From Campylobacterota bacterium (GTDB lineage Bacteria; Campylobacterota; Campylobacteria; Campylobacterales; Sulfurimonadaceae), in NCBI GenBank assembly GCA_034661055.1, contig JAYEKO010000004.1:1-62158 (forward strand): 62,158 nt of DNA, in the 5' to 3' direction. The notes beneath the pieces were generated by a model. The model ran no database searches, was not told the DNA's origin, and worked only from the letters and a program-made list of their open reading frames with translations. A program made the translations under genes and the position numbers. Shown one piece after another: positions 1-9,490 of the stretch (position 1 is the first letter of the stretch; every line of letters begins with the position of its first letter).

Positions 1-243
1 GCCATTAGTGATGCGTTACATGTAAAAATGATGCATGAGTACTTAAGAGATTTAGCGGATGATGAGCAACTAAAAGAGTTAACGCACACTTACGTATTGG
101 TACACAAGTTTACTTTTGGAAAGTATAAAGGGCGCTATATTGAAGAGATTGCTATTTCAGATAGAGGGTATTTAGAGTGGATGCTACACAATATTCATGA
201 TGATGAGGACTTGCACTACAGTATTAATCACTATCTGTTATAA
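1..243 (+). CDS. 3'-5' exonuclease (DEDDh/ExoX-like) with C-terminal DUF3820-like segment, 5'-truncated by the window edge
   Basis: Frame 1 is open from base 1 (AISDALHVKMMHEY..., like the ExoIII A.SD motif); C-terminal FTFGKYKG...DRGYLEW motif. Confidence 0.7.
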   Translation, partial: AISDALHVKMMHEYLRDLADDEQLKELTHTYVLVHKFTFGKYKGRYIEEIAISDRGYLEWMLHNIHDDEDLHYSINHYLL

Positions 244-270
244 TACAAAATATTTATTCTAGGTAGGTTT

Positions 271-2100
271 ATGACAAAACGACTTCTATCAATACTACTA
301 CCTCTTTTAATACTTTTTAAAACCACTTTGTATGCAGAAGATCTATTTGGTGATTTTGTTGCTAAACAGATTGAGATAGAGCGACAGTTTTTAGATAAAA
401 ATGTTACAAATAATGTTGTTGAAGATCTTATTGAAGAGCAAAATCATGACTATAAAGAGTTGTTTTTAGCACTTATCTCAAAAAATAGTGACGATATTAA
501 AAGAACCAAACTCTACATTAGCGAGATGTCAACACTCAATCGTCGTATGAAAATAAATAAACAGCGTAACAACACAAGAGCATATACCAGAGACGAGATT
601 AAATTAAACAGCTATATGCTATTAAACAATATTCACAGTACTTTTTACCAGCTGATTCAAGCAACCAATAGTAGTTCAAATAAAGAGTTTAATGACAAAA
701 TAGATACAATAGTTTCTTCACGTCATCAAGGTGAGACGCTAATTTTACAAGAGAATTACTCTTTTTTAGAAGATGAAGAAGATAAAAGTGAGATGACTCA
801 GAGTATTCGAACCAACCTTTATGAAAATCAGATACTTCTTAACCTGCATAATACATTGAGTTCAGAACTAGTCCGCTTTAAAGAACCAATGTATGATGCT
901 ATCAAATTGTCATCATTTGGATTAATATCACTTACCTATAAAATAAATACAAGCACTATTGGTAAAACGGTTAATGAATATATTGTATGGAGTGGACTAG
1001 ACAGCTCTAAAGTTATTTTTATTATTCTTATTTTACTCGGATTTTATTGGGCTCGAAGAGTTGTTGTCTTTATTTCTGGGCTGCTACTAGAAAACTTTTT
1101 TGACCGTTCGGATGATATTAGTTTTATTATTAAAAATGTATCGGGAGTATTTAGTGTCATCATGATTGTGGTGACACTAGATATTATTGCTAATATCTAT
1201 TCAGGATTTGTGGATTTAGAGTGGATAGATAGAACGTTTTATATTGCTTATACTGTTTTATTTACCTACCTAATTCAACGACTAATTAATGCTGGTGCTA
1301 CCATTAAAATGGAGCATTTAAGAGGTTCAGAATATCTACGTCATGAAGTCATTAATTTGGCGATGCGTGTTATTAATATTTTAGTCTATATTATTGGTCT
1401 TATTGTTCTTCTAAATCTTTTTAATGTTGATTTAAGTGCCATACTTTCTGGTCTTGGAATTGGTGGGTTTGCCGTTGCATTTGCAGCAAAAGATACCATT
1501 GCAAACTTCTTTGGATCCGTCTCAATTTTAATGGGAGATCTGTTTGAACAAGGTGACTGGATTGCAGTAGATGGTTACGAAGGAACGGTTGTTGAGATTG
1601 GGCTTCGTGCGACAACAATTCGAACGTTTGATAATGCTATGATTGCTATTCCAAACTTTAAACTTGCCGATAACGGTCTTAAAAACTGGAGTAAACGCCA
1701 GTTGGGTCGTCGTATTAAGATGCATGTTGGAGTGACGTATGAATCAGATTTTAATGATATTAAACAAGCAGTCCAAGAGATTCGAGAGATGTTAATTGAG
1801 CATCCAGAGATTGCCAATAATTCACAAGAGATGCTGCATTCAGAACGCTATGTGCGTTTAGTTTCAAAAGAAGATTACAAGGGAATTAAACGTACAATGC
1901 TCGTCTATATGGACAAATTTTCAGACTCGAGCATCGATATTTTAATCTACTGTTACTCTAAGTCAGTTATTTGGAATGAGTGGCTTGAGACAAAAGAGGA
2001 TGTTATGTATAAAATTGCTGAAATTTTGGAGAGAAACAATTTAAGTTTTGCCTATCCTGCCATGGCAATTCACTCTGTTAGCTGTGAGGAGAATAAGTGA
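271..2100 (+). CDS. MscS-family mechanosensitive ion channel with large N-terminal periplasmic region
   Basis: Signal peptide, TM helices, GLGIGGFAVAFAAKDTIANFFGS and GDWI...GTVVEIGLRATTIRTFDN motifs. Confidence 0.9.
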   Translation: MTKRLLSILLPLLILFKTTLYAEDLFGDFVAKQIEIERQFLDKNVTNNVVEDLIEEQNHDYKELFLALISKNSDDIKRTKLYISEMSTLNRRMKINKQRNNTRAYTRDEIKLNSYMLLNNIHSTFYQLIQATNSSSNKEFNDKIDTIVSSRHQGETLILQENYSFLEDEEDKSEMTQSIRTNLYENQILLNLHNTLSSELVRFKEPMYDAIKLSSFGLISLTYKINTSTIGKTVNEYIVWSGLDSSKVIFIILILLGFYWARRVVVFISGLLLENFFDRSDDISFIIKNVSGVFSVIMIVVTLDIIANIYSGFVDLEWIDRTFYIAYTVLFTYLIQRLINAGATIKMEHLRGSEYLRHEVINLAMRVINILVYIIGLIVLLNLFNVDLSAILSGLGIGGFAVAFAAKDTIANFFGSVSILMGDLFEQGDWIAVDGYEGTVVEIGLRATTIRTFDNAMIAIPNFKLADNGLKNWSKRQLGRRIKMHVGVTYESDFNDIKQAVQEIREMLIEHPEIANNSQEMLHSERYVRLVSKEDYKGIKRTMLVYMDKFSDSSIDILIYCYSKSVIWNEWLETKEDVMYKIAEILERNNLSFAYPAMAIHSVSCEENK

Positions 2101-2477
2101 AAGTAGCTGTACAGTGTGTATCGCCACTGCTTCAAAAATCTTTAGAGATCTTTTTAAAACCGCATCTATGTTCTTTGAAACAGTGTGATGTTGTACTTCG
2201 CGATATGAAAGTGGAAGATGATGAACACCCAAGTATCTATATTGCAACCGATGATGATGCAGACATAAAGAAACCTTTTAGCCCTTCAGAACTAAAGATA
2301 GCGCTTCATAAAATAGTGAATACCAAAGATGCTGATGAGGAAGATATAGTCCAAATTGTAGAGAGTTTAGATAAGCACAATAGAGACTTTGAGCTTTTAG
2401 AAGCTAAAATTGATACGCTTACCCAAGAGTATAAACAGAACATTTTAAATACGGTCAAAGAATTTTATGAAGAGTAA
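2097..2477 (+). CDS. Hypothetical protein
   Basis: 126 aa ORF overlapping both neighbours (GTGA coupling upstream); IKKPFS segment resembles a receiver-domain tail. Confidence 0.7.
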   Translation: MKVAVQCVSPLLQKSLEIFLKPHLCSLKQCDVVLRDMKVEDDEHPSIYIATDDDADIKKPFSPSELKIALHKIVNTKDADEEDIVQIVESLDKHNRDFELLEAKIDTLTQEYKQNILNTVKEFYEE

Positions 2478-3066
2478 AGCATTGAGTAAAAAAATTGTTG
2501 CCGGTAAGTTTAAAGGCAAGACTATGCTCCTTCCCTCTAAAGTGACCACAAGGAGTTCAAAAACAATTGTTTTGGAGTCTTTTTTTAATACCTTACAGTT
2601 TGATATTGTAGATGCAACTTTTGTAGAGGTCTTTTCTGGTAGCGGTTCTATTGGTTTAGAGGCTCTAAGCCGTGGTGCAAAAAGAATTTTATTTATGGAA
2701 CAAGACCGAGATGCTCTTAAGACACTGCAGCAAAATATTGACCAAACTGACCCATCATCTTGTGAAGTTTTTCGAGGCAACAGTTTTGAAAACATCAACC
2801 ATGTGAAATCACGCCTGAAATCTCTAAATGAAAAAGCTTACTTTTATATTGACCCACCGTTCTCATTTCGTGATGGAATGCAAGAGATCTACAATAATAT
2901 GATTACACTCATTAAAGAGCTTCCTGCCAAAGCTGTTGAGATTATAATCATTGAGCATATGACCGGCTTAGAGCTTGATGAAACTATTGGTTCTTTTACA
3001 AAAATAAAGTCTAAAAAGTTTGGCAAAACGAGCTTGACTTATTTAGCCAAATCCGATGAAAAATAA
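2467..3066 (+). CDS. rsmD: 16S rRNA m2G966 methyltransferase RsmD
   Basis: IVAGKFKG, EVFSGSGSIGLEALSRGA, YIDPPF motifs. Confidence 0.93.
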   Translation: MKSKALSKKIVAGKFKGKTMLLPSKVTTRSSKTIVLESFFNTLQFDIVDATFVEVFSGSGSIGLEALSRGAKRILFMEQDRDALKTLQQNIDQTDPSSCEVFRGNSFENINHVKSRLKSLNEKAYFYIDPPFSFRDGMQEIYNNMITLIKELPAKAVEIIIIEHMTGLELDETIGSFTKIKSKKFGKTSLTYLAKSDEK

Positions 3067-3094
3067 AACCATCTTCATAGCAATATAATGTAAA

Positions 3095-3384
3095 AAATAC
3101 ACCCGAAATACGAAATACACCAAATACACCCCTCATATAATACCAAGTGCCTAAAAGGCTATAATTAAAATACCAAGAGTTCCTTAGCATATCGATACAC
3201 CCCTAAGACCAATTTAAGAAATACACCCCTGAGAAATACACCCCTGGAAATACACAAAATACACCCCTGTGAGTGAATCTCCACTTTTATGATATACTTC
3301 TTCATAAACTAAAGCATGGAAATAAAATACACCCCTGTGAGTGAATCTCCACTTTTATGATATACTTCTTCATAAACTAAAGCA
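3095..3384 (+). repeat. Array of full and truncated (G)AAATACACCCCT(G) units including a perfect 61-bp direct repeat (3256-3316 = 3324-3384)
   Basis: Units at about 3095, 3105, 3112, 3122, 3194, 3218, 3233, 3247, 3256, 3324, read directly. Confidence 0.92.
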
Positions 3385-3596
3385 AAAAGGAGTGAATAAA
3401 ATGCCAACACGGTTGCGGGTAGATTTCAAAGCATTTTGAAGAACACTTTTATGATGTTCAGACAAAAGATGATAGGAATCTAGCTATAGTTAATGCTTAT
3501 TTAGATGGTTATTCACAGGTCGATATTGCAAAGTACTTAAATGTATCCAAGTCCTTAATTTCAAAGGTAATAAAAAGTGGAGATTCACTCACATGA
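3324..3596 (+). mobile_element. Miniature, internally deleted RAYT/Y1-transposase-like element with 21-bp terminal inverted repeats
   Basis: TGTGAGTGAATCTCCACTTTT (3336-3356, also 3268-3288) is the exact reverse complement of AAAAGTGGAGATTCACTCACA (3573-3593); encloses a gene remnant. Confidence 0.7.
3401..3596 (+). pseudogene. REP-associated tyrosine transposase-like remnant (N-terminal 8 codons joined out of frame to a C-terminal HTH)
   Basis: AAAGGAG RBS then MPTRLRVD; after about 3425 another frame reads HFEEHFYDVQTKDDRNLAIVNAYLDGYSQVDIAKYLNVSKSLISKVIKSGDSLT* (HTH); no HUH core present. Confidence 0.65.
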
Positions 3597-3650
3597 GGGA
3601 TGTAATCGAAGGAAGTTCAACAACCTGTACTTTTTGGAACTTTTAACTTC

Positions 3651-3929
3651 CTATGCACTAGCTTGAAGTTTAACACCAAAGCTATCTAGTACTTTCATTA
3701 TAGTTTCAAACCTAGGTTTAGAATCAGTACTAAAGGTTTTATATAGGCTTTCACGTCCTAGGCCTGTATCTTTAGCTATTTGGCTCATACCTTTAGCTTT
3801 TGCTATGTTTCCGATAGCTTCAAGTAACTCATTCATATCACCATCTTGAAGTACTTGAGAGAGGTACTCTGCAATCATCTCCTTGGAATCTAAATATTGA
3901 GATACATCGAATGTTGTTAATTTAGTCAT
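3651..3929 (-). CDS. Addiction module antidote protein (HigA-like HTH antitoxin)
   Basis: FDVSQYLDS..IAEYL; AKAKGMSQIAKDTGLGRESLYK..PRFETI pattern. Confidence 0.9.
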   Translation of the reverse strand: MTKLTTFDVSQYLDSKEMIAEYLSQVLQDGDMNELLEAIGNIAKAKGMSQIAKDTGLGRESLYKTFSTDSKPRFETIMKVLDSFGVKLQASA

Positions 3930-4221
3930 CTTTTAACTCCTCTGCTATTTTTTTAGCTTTTAAAATATCTTCTGCCTGAGTAGATTTGTCTCCAGCAATA
4001 AGAAGAATCACTATTTCTTCATTTCGCTTGGTGTAATAAACTCTATAACCTGGTCCAGTAGTAATTCTAAGTTCGCTAATTTCTGAAGAGACTGATTTAT
4101 AATCTCCAAAATTACCCTCTTGAACTCTCTGGATTCTTCTTAAAATAGTTACTTTAGCTTTTGTGTCTTTCAACTTAAATAGCCATTTAGCAAATATTTC
4201 AGTTTGTTTAATCATATACAT
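3922..4221 (-). CDS. RelE/ParE-family addiction module killer toxin (HigB-like), toxin-first order
   Basis: GNFGDYKSV..ISELRI..GPGYRVYY..ILLIAGDKSTQ..DI motif; start reassigned to ATG at 4221. Confidence 0.9.
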   Translation of the reverse strand: MYMIKQTEIFAKWLFKLKDTKAKVTILRRIQRVQEGNFGDYKSVSSEISELRITTGPGYRVYYTKRNEEIVILLIAGDKSTQAEDILKAKKIAEELKDD

Positions 4222-4227
4222 GACAAT

Positions 4228-4257
4228 ATTGTATCTAATTAGATACAAATATGTCAA
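4228..4257 (-). promoter_or_regulatory. Sigma70 promoter of the TA operon with a perfect 20-bp operator palindrome
   Basis: TTGACA (4257-4252), 18 nt, TACAAT (4233-4228); TTGTATCTAATTAGATACAA at 4229-4248. Confidence 0.8.
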
Positions 4258-4281
4258 TAATGAAAAAATTACACCCCTACT

Positions 4282-4488
4282 GGCTATTATGTACTTGTTA
4301 AGGTTAATAACTTTAAACACTTAGTGGATATACTTGATAATCTGACTGATGAATATACAGTATTTGAGTTTTTGGAAAAGACAAAAGTCGTGTTAAATAC
4401 TAAAGACGCCAAGAGCAGCCTTGAAGATATAATGAAAATTTATAACTTAAAGAGTGATAGAAGAGAGGTGCCCTTAATACTATATTAG
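4282..4488 (+). pseudogene. Start-less open reading frame fragment of unknown family
   Basis: 68 sense codons (GYYVLVKVNNFKHLVDILD...PLILY*) beginning just after a TACACCCCT copy at 4270-4278. Confidence 0.35.
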
Positions 4489-4523
4489 ATACAATGGACT
4501 ATTAAATTAAAAAGTAGTTTATT

Positions 4524-6074
4524 TTGAAGAATATAGTTAAGCCTTGTCGATTTATTCTTGACTCAGATAGTGATATGCAGTACATTATTGATGAGATTAG
4601 TAATTTAAAATGTCACGATATGATTATTCATATAGAAGCTGTCATCCATAATACTGTATTTATTCAGAGTATAAAAAAAATGATTGAAGATGCTTTTGAT
4701 GAGCCTCATATTGGCTTAATGAAAATCTCTCGAGATGAACCTACTGCAGTGACGGTCTACTGTTTAAGTGAGCACTCAGAGATAAAAACAGATAGAATCA
4801 TTTATGAACTTAATCAACGACATATCTCTGCAGAACATAAGCTTAAGATGAGTCGTCAAAGTATGATTAAAAGATACTTTACCGACCCCTTAACCAATCT
4901 TCCAAACCTATATAAGCTACGAAATGATATGCACGACAGTGATCAGGGTTCTTTTATTATTATTCATATTGATAACTTTAAACTCATTAATGATTTTTAT
5001 GGTTTTGTTGTAGGTGATTACATTCTTGAGCAGTCTGCACAGTACCTATCATCAGCACTTGATGGTAATAGTGTTTATAAAATATCACCAACAGAGTTTG
5101 CTATTATCTTAAATGATAAACTAGACTTTTATGAGCTAAAAACTTATATGAATACACTCTCTTTAAAACTGCAAAACCTCTTTTTTACCTATCAAGAGAC
5201 AAAAATATTTATTGACTTTACTTTGGCATCTTCAGCAGGAACTAGTTGGGATAATGTCTTTTCTAAAGTGAGTATGGCACTTCATTATGCAAAAGATAAT
5301 CATCTCTCTTTTTGGATATATGAAGACAGAATGCATTTTGAGAGTGAATATGAGAAGAATCTAGAGCTTTCCATAGTCATTAGAAACGCTATTGAGAGCT
5401 CAGGCATCATACCTTATTTTCAGCCTATAGTCTGTAATAAGACAGGAGTTATTAAAAAGTATGAGTGTCTTTCTCGTCTTATAAACTCTAAAAACGAGGT
5501 GCTATCACCTGACCTTTTCATCCCTATTACTAAAAAAATAAAGGTCTATCACTTAGTAACACAGGAGATTATTAATAAATCTTTTGAGACATTTAAAGAT
5601 AGTGATCTCTCTTTTAGCATAAACCTATCAATTGAAGATGTTATGAGTCAGAAGATCTATGCATTTATTGTTGAAAAACTTGCAACAAGTAAAATAGGAA
5701 GTAGAGTGGTTTTTGAGCTGTTGGAGTCTGAATCTATTAATGACTATAAAAAAGTAGCACGGTTTATTAATGAAGTGAAACGCTACGGGGCTAAAATTGC
5801 CATTGATGACTTTGGAAGCGGATTTTCAAACTTCTCCTATCTGACTAAGCTCGACATTGATTACATTAAGATTGACGGTACCTTAATTGAAAACATAGAT
5901 AGTGACAAAAATTCAGAACTGGTAGTTAAAACAATTGTAGAGTTTGCTCATAAACTCAATATTAAGACCATTGCTGAGTATGTGCATTCAAGTACTATTC
6001 TTTCTAAAGTTAAAAGTTTGGGTATTGACTACTCTCAAGGGTATTATATAGACAAACCACATCCTCAACTTTAA
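4524..6074 (+). CDS. GGDEF-EAL protein, probable c-di-GMP phosphodiesterase
   Basis: DPLTNLPN, degenerate SPTEF signature; EAL domain with FQPIV, ECL, DDFGSGFSN, IKIDG, AEYV, QGY. Confidence 0.88.
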   Translation: MKNIVKPCRFILDSDSDMQYIIDEISNLKCHDMIIHIEAVIHNTVFIQSIKKMIEDAFDEPHIGLMKISRDEPTAVTVYCLSEHSEIKTDRIIYELNQRHISAEHKLKMSRQSMIKRYFTDPLTNLPNLYKLRNDMHDSDQGSFIIIHIDNFKLINDFYGFVVGDYILEQSAQYLSSALDGNSVYKISPTEFAIILNDKLDFYELKTYMNTLSLKLQNLFFTYQETKIFIDFTLASSAGTSWDNVFSKVSMALHYAKDNHLSFWIYEDRMHFESEYEKNLELSIVIRNAIESSGIIPYFQPIVCNKTGVIKKYECLSRLINSKNEVLSPDLFIPITKKIKVYHLVTQEIINKSFETFKDSDLSFSINLSIEDVMSQKIYAFIVEKLATSKIGSRVVFELLESESINDYKKVARFINEVKRYGAKIAIDDFGSGFSNFSYLTKLDIDYIKIDGTLIENIDSDKNSELVVKTIVEFAHKLNIKTIAEYVHSSTILSKVKSLGIDYSQGYYIDKPHPQL

Positions 6075-6113
6075 TGTTACCTTTTAATTAGGCTTATTTT
6101 GCTACAATTTTTC

Positions 6114-6776
6114 ATGGTAAAAATATTAATGATTGAAGATGATCTCGAACTAGCTGAGATCTTAACCGAGTATTTAGAACAGTTTGATTTTAAAGTGATT
6201 ACTGAAGATGATCCTTTTAAAGCACTAAGCATTTTAAAACTAGAGTCGTATGACCTCGTAATTTTAGACTTAACACTGCCTGGTATGGATGGCCTTGAGG
6301 TGTGTGAAGCGATAAGAGCGCGTCAAAATATCCCTATAATTATCTCATCGGCACGTTCGGATGTAACTGATAAAGTCCATGCATTGGAACTTGGAGCTGA
6401 TGATTATCTGCCAAAGCCTTATGACCCAAGAGAGCTTGAGGCTCGAATACATTCAGTGTTGCGGCGTTACGAGGCAATAAGTGAAGCAGAAGTACAAGAA
6501 CACACTGACTTTAAACTAAATGAATCAGCAATGCAAATTAGTTTTAAAGGACGTGCTTTAGACTTAACTAACGCAGAGTACGGCATTTTGGCATATATGA
6601 TTAAAAAACATGGCATGGTTGTCTCTCGTGAAGATCTAATTCATAATGTCAATGCGATTAATGAGGACTCTTCAAATAAGAGTATTGATGTTATGGTAGG
6701 ACGTATCCGTAATAAACTTGGAGATAAATCTCTAATTGAATCTATCCGAGGCATCGGATATAAACTTTTAAAGTAG
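6114..6776 (+). CDS. OmpR-family response regulator
   Basis: IEDD, LDLTLP, GADDYLPKPYD, winged-helix IRGIGY; start ATG 6114. Confidence 0.93.
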   Translation: MVKILMIEDDLELAEILTEYLEQFDFKVITEDDPFKALSILKLESYDLVILDLTLPGMDGLEVCEAIRARQNIPIIISSARSDVTDKVHALELGADDYLPKPYDPRELEARIHSVLRRYEAISEAEVQEHTDFKLNESAMQISFKGRALDLTNAEYGILAYMIKKHGMVVSREDLIHNVNAINEDSSNKSIDVMVGRIRNKLGDKSLIESIRGIGYKLLK

Positions 6777-6780
6777 AGAC

Positions 6781-8073
6781 TTGAGAAATAATGCTGTCCT
6801 CTTAACAGTGCTTTTTGCACTGTTAGTCACGGTAGGAAGCATGAGTTATGCTTTTTACAAGATGTATGGCATAAACAAAGAGAAGCATACTGATCATACG
6901 TTTAAGAAATATACCTCTATTATGAGTATTTTTCGTCAACACCTTCAAACTAAAAGCTCCAGAACTATTTTAGAAGCTAATCTAGCCATCTCTCAACTTT
7001 ACAACATCAGTGATCAAGAAGGTGTGAAAACTATTTTACAAGAAGCTGAGGTAATGCGACGTGAAGGTTTTCGTGCTGTTAATGAAGCTCTTTTTCATGA
7101 TAAAATGTATATCTATCGTCAGCAGTTTATTGAAGATATGCGGGCAACAATGTTTCATTATAAGAAAGAGATATACTTCTATATTGAATCACCACGGTAC
7201 TCTGTTATGTTGCTTGATAAAGAGAGTGAACCTTATTTGCCATGGAAGATTTTGACATGGTATGTTATTACCATGAGCATACTCATCTCCTCATTTTTAC
7301 TTATTTTATATAAATTCTACCCTTTAAGTAAATTACGTAAAAAGATTGCACGCTTTGGTGCTGGTGATATGACCGTCTCTTTTAAGACAGATGGTGAGGA
7401 TGAGATTGCACTTATATCTAATGAACTTGATCAGGCACAGTGTCAAATCAATACGTTAATGGAGTCGCGTACACTTTTTTTACGTAATATTATGCATGAA
7501 CTAAAAAAGCCTATTGCTAAGGGTCGTATTGTGACTCAGATGTTAGAAGATGGAAAGCATAAAGAGCGATACGGTAATATTTTTGAACGCTTAGAGAGTC
7601 TTATTAATGAGTTTGCCTTAATAGAAGAGGTGACATCTGGGTTTACTCACTTGCAAAAAAAAGAGTACCGTCTAATTGATCTAGTTGATGGTGCTATTGA
7701 TATGGCGATGATAGAACATGATGATGTCACCGTTGAAGTGAATGCTAACTATAAAGTAATAACAGATTTTAGACTCTTCTCTACCGCTATTAAAAATATG
7801 ATTGATAATGCCCTTAAGTACTCACCAAATCATAAAGTTAAAGTAATTACAGAGGATAATGAGATTGTCTTTGAAAACCATGGTGCACAATTGAGTCACC
7901 CGCTCTCATTTTATGTAGAGCCTTTTACAAAAGAGCAGCCTGCAAAGAGCAGTTTTGGCTTAGGTCTGTATTTAGTTGATGCTATTTTAAAATCTCATAA
8001 TATGCTTATGGCTTATGAGCATGACAAAGAACGTGAGTTAAATCGATTTATATTTGTCCCGGAGAAGCAATGA
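6781..8073 (+). CDS. ArsS/RacS-like sensor histidine kinase
   Basis: Two TM segments, HAMP, H-box RNIMHELKKP, N-box NMIDNALKY, GLGLY. Confidence 0.9.
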   Translation: MRNNAVLLTVLFALLVTVGSMSYAFYKMYGINKEKHTDHTFKKYTSIMSIFRQHLQTKSSRTILEANLAISQLYNISDQEGVKTILQEAEVMRREGFRAVNEALFHDKMYIYRQQFIEDMRATMFHYKKEIYFYIESPRYSVMLLDKESEPYLPWKILTWYVITMSILISSFLLILYKFYPLSKLRKKIARFGAGDMTVSFKTDGEDEIALISNELDQAQCQINTLMESRTLFLRNIMHELKKPIAKGRIVTQMLEDGKHKERYGNIFERLESLINEFALIEEVTSGFTHLQKKEYRLIDLVDGAIDMAMIEHDDVTVEVNANYKVITDFRLFSTAIKNMIDNALKYSPNHKVKVITEDNEIVFENHGAQLSHPLSFYVEPFTKEQPAKSSFGLGLYLVDAILKSHNMLMAYEHDKERELNRFIFVPEKQ

Positions 8074-8843
8074 AAACAATTTTAATTAGTAATGATGACG
8101 GCTATGAGTCAGAAGGGCTGTTAGCTTTAGTAGAGGCCCTTAAAGATTTGGCACATATTACTGTAGTGGCTCCTTCAGCTGAAAAATCGGCATGTGGACA
8201 CTCATTAACACTACATCACCCACTAAGTTTTGTCAGCGTAGATGATGACTTTTACAAACTTGATGATGGAACCCCAAGTGACTGCATCTACCTGGCATTA
8301 AACTCACTCTTTGAGAATAAAAAACCTGACTTAATTATTAGTGGAATTAATAAAGGTTCTAATATGGGCGAAGATATTACCTATTCAGGAACAGCAGCAG
8401 CAGCTATGGAGGGTGTAATTCATGGAGTGCCTTCTATTGCAATCTCACAAGTGATGGATTTTACTGAGCCATTACCAAGTTTTGAATTGGCACAAAAAAC
8501 AATCCGAAAAGTGGTAAAAAAAATATTTGATGAGAGTTACCCTCTGCCTGATAGACAATTTTTAAACATCAATATTCCCTATGATGCTGATTTAGATAAT
8601 GTAGAAATCATAAGCACTTATGCTGGGTACCGTATGTATGGAAATGATGCCCATCTACACCGAAATCCTAGAGGTTTAGAATATTACTGGTTAGGACTTC
8701 ATCCTCTGGAATTTCGCCCCAGAGAAGGTCAGAGCGGATTGTGTGATTTTGAGGCGATTGAGAAAAAAATGGTCTCTGTTTCACCAATTGAAGTTGACTT
8801 GAGCGCTTATGAGAGCATTAAATCTTTAGAGGATTGGCTTTGA
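8070..8843 (+). CDS. surE: 5'/3'-nucleotidase SurE
   Basis: SNDDG, GTPSDC, SGINKGSNMG, YSGT motifs. Confidence 0.95.
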   Translation: MKTILISNDDGYESEGLLALVEALKDLAHITVVAPSAEKSACGHSLTLHHPLSFVSVDDDFYKLDDGTPSDCIYLALNSLFENKKPDLIISGINKGSNMGEDITYSGTAAAAMEGVIHGVPSIAISQVMDFTEPLPSFELAQKTIRKVVKKIFDESYPLPDRQFLNINIPYDADLDNVEIISTYAGYRMYGNDAHLHRNPRGLEYYWLGLHPLEFRPREGQSGLCDFEAIEKKMVSVSPIEVDLSAYESIKSLEDWL

Positions 8844-9475
8844 AATTTGAGCGAACTCGTCAACTTTTAGGTGATAATTTTACTAAAATAAAAAACGCAA
8901 AAATTTTACTTTTAGGAGTAGGTGGTGTTGGAAGTGTTGCATTGGACTGCATGATTCGAAGTGGTATTACTGACATTACTATTGTCGATTTTGATACTTA
9001 CGATGAGAGTAATGCCAATCGCCAGCTTCATTCAGAATTACATGTAAATGAGGTAAAAGTAGATGCCTTAAAAGAGCATTATCCTACGGTTAAAACCATA
9101 CAGCATCGAGTTGATAAAGAGTGGATAGCAGGCTTTGATTTTACACCGTATGATGTTGTCTTAGATGCAATTGATGATATTCATGCTAAACTAGCTTTAG
9201 CGCAAAAATGTTATGCTAAACTCATATCAGCCGCAGGTTCAGCTAAAAAAATTGATGCTGCTCAGGTTCAAGTCGCTTCTATCTGGAAAACTCAAGGTGA
9301 TACTTTTGCATCAAAAATTAGACGTGAGTTGAAGCGTCGTAAATTTGATCGAAACTACCGCTGTGTCTTTAGTGCAGAAACAGCACTCACTAAAGAAAAA
9401 GGTAGTTTTATGGGAGTAACTGCAACATTTGGTCTAGTGATGTGTTCAGAGACAATCAAAAAACTTATTAAATAA
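8840..9475 (+). CDS. tcdA: ThiF-family tRNA threonylcarbamoyladenosine dehydratase
   Basis: GVGGVG, DFDTYDESNANRQ, DAID motifs; TTG start after GAGGA. Confidence 0.8.
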   Translation: MKFERTRQLLGDNFTKIKNAKILLLGVGGVGSVALDCMIRSGITDITIVDFDTYDESNANRQLHSELHVNEVKVDALKEHYPTVKTIQHRVDKEWIAGFDFTPYDVVLDAIDDIHAKLALAQKCYAKLISAAGSAKKIDAAQVQVASIWKTQGDTFASKIRRELKRRKFDRNYRCVFSAETALTKEKGSFMGVTATFGLVMCSETIKKLIK

Positions 9476-9490
9476 AATTAGGAGAAGAGT

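Noticed and set aside
3095..3384. Possible CRISPR array
   Set aside because: Repeat units vary in length, spacing is irregular (0-60 bp), and no cas genes are present; better explained as iterated element ends.
4222..4320. N-terminal extension of the toxin ORF (3922..4320 in the track)
   Set aside because: The extension runs through the promoter and operator; family similarity begins at the ATG at 4221.
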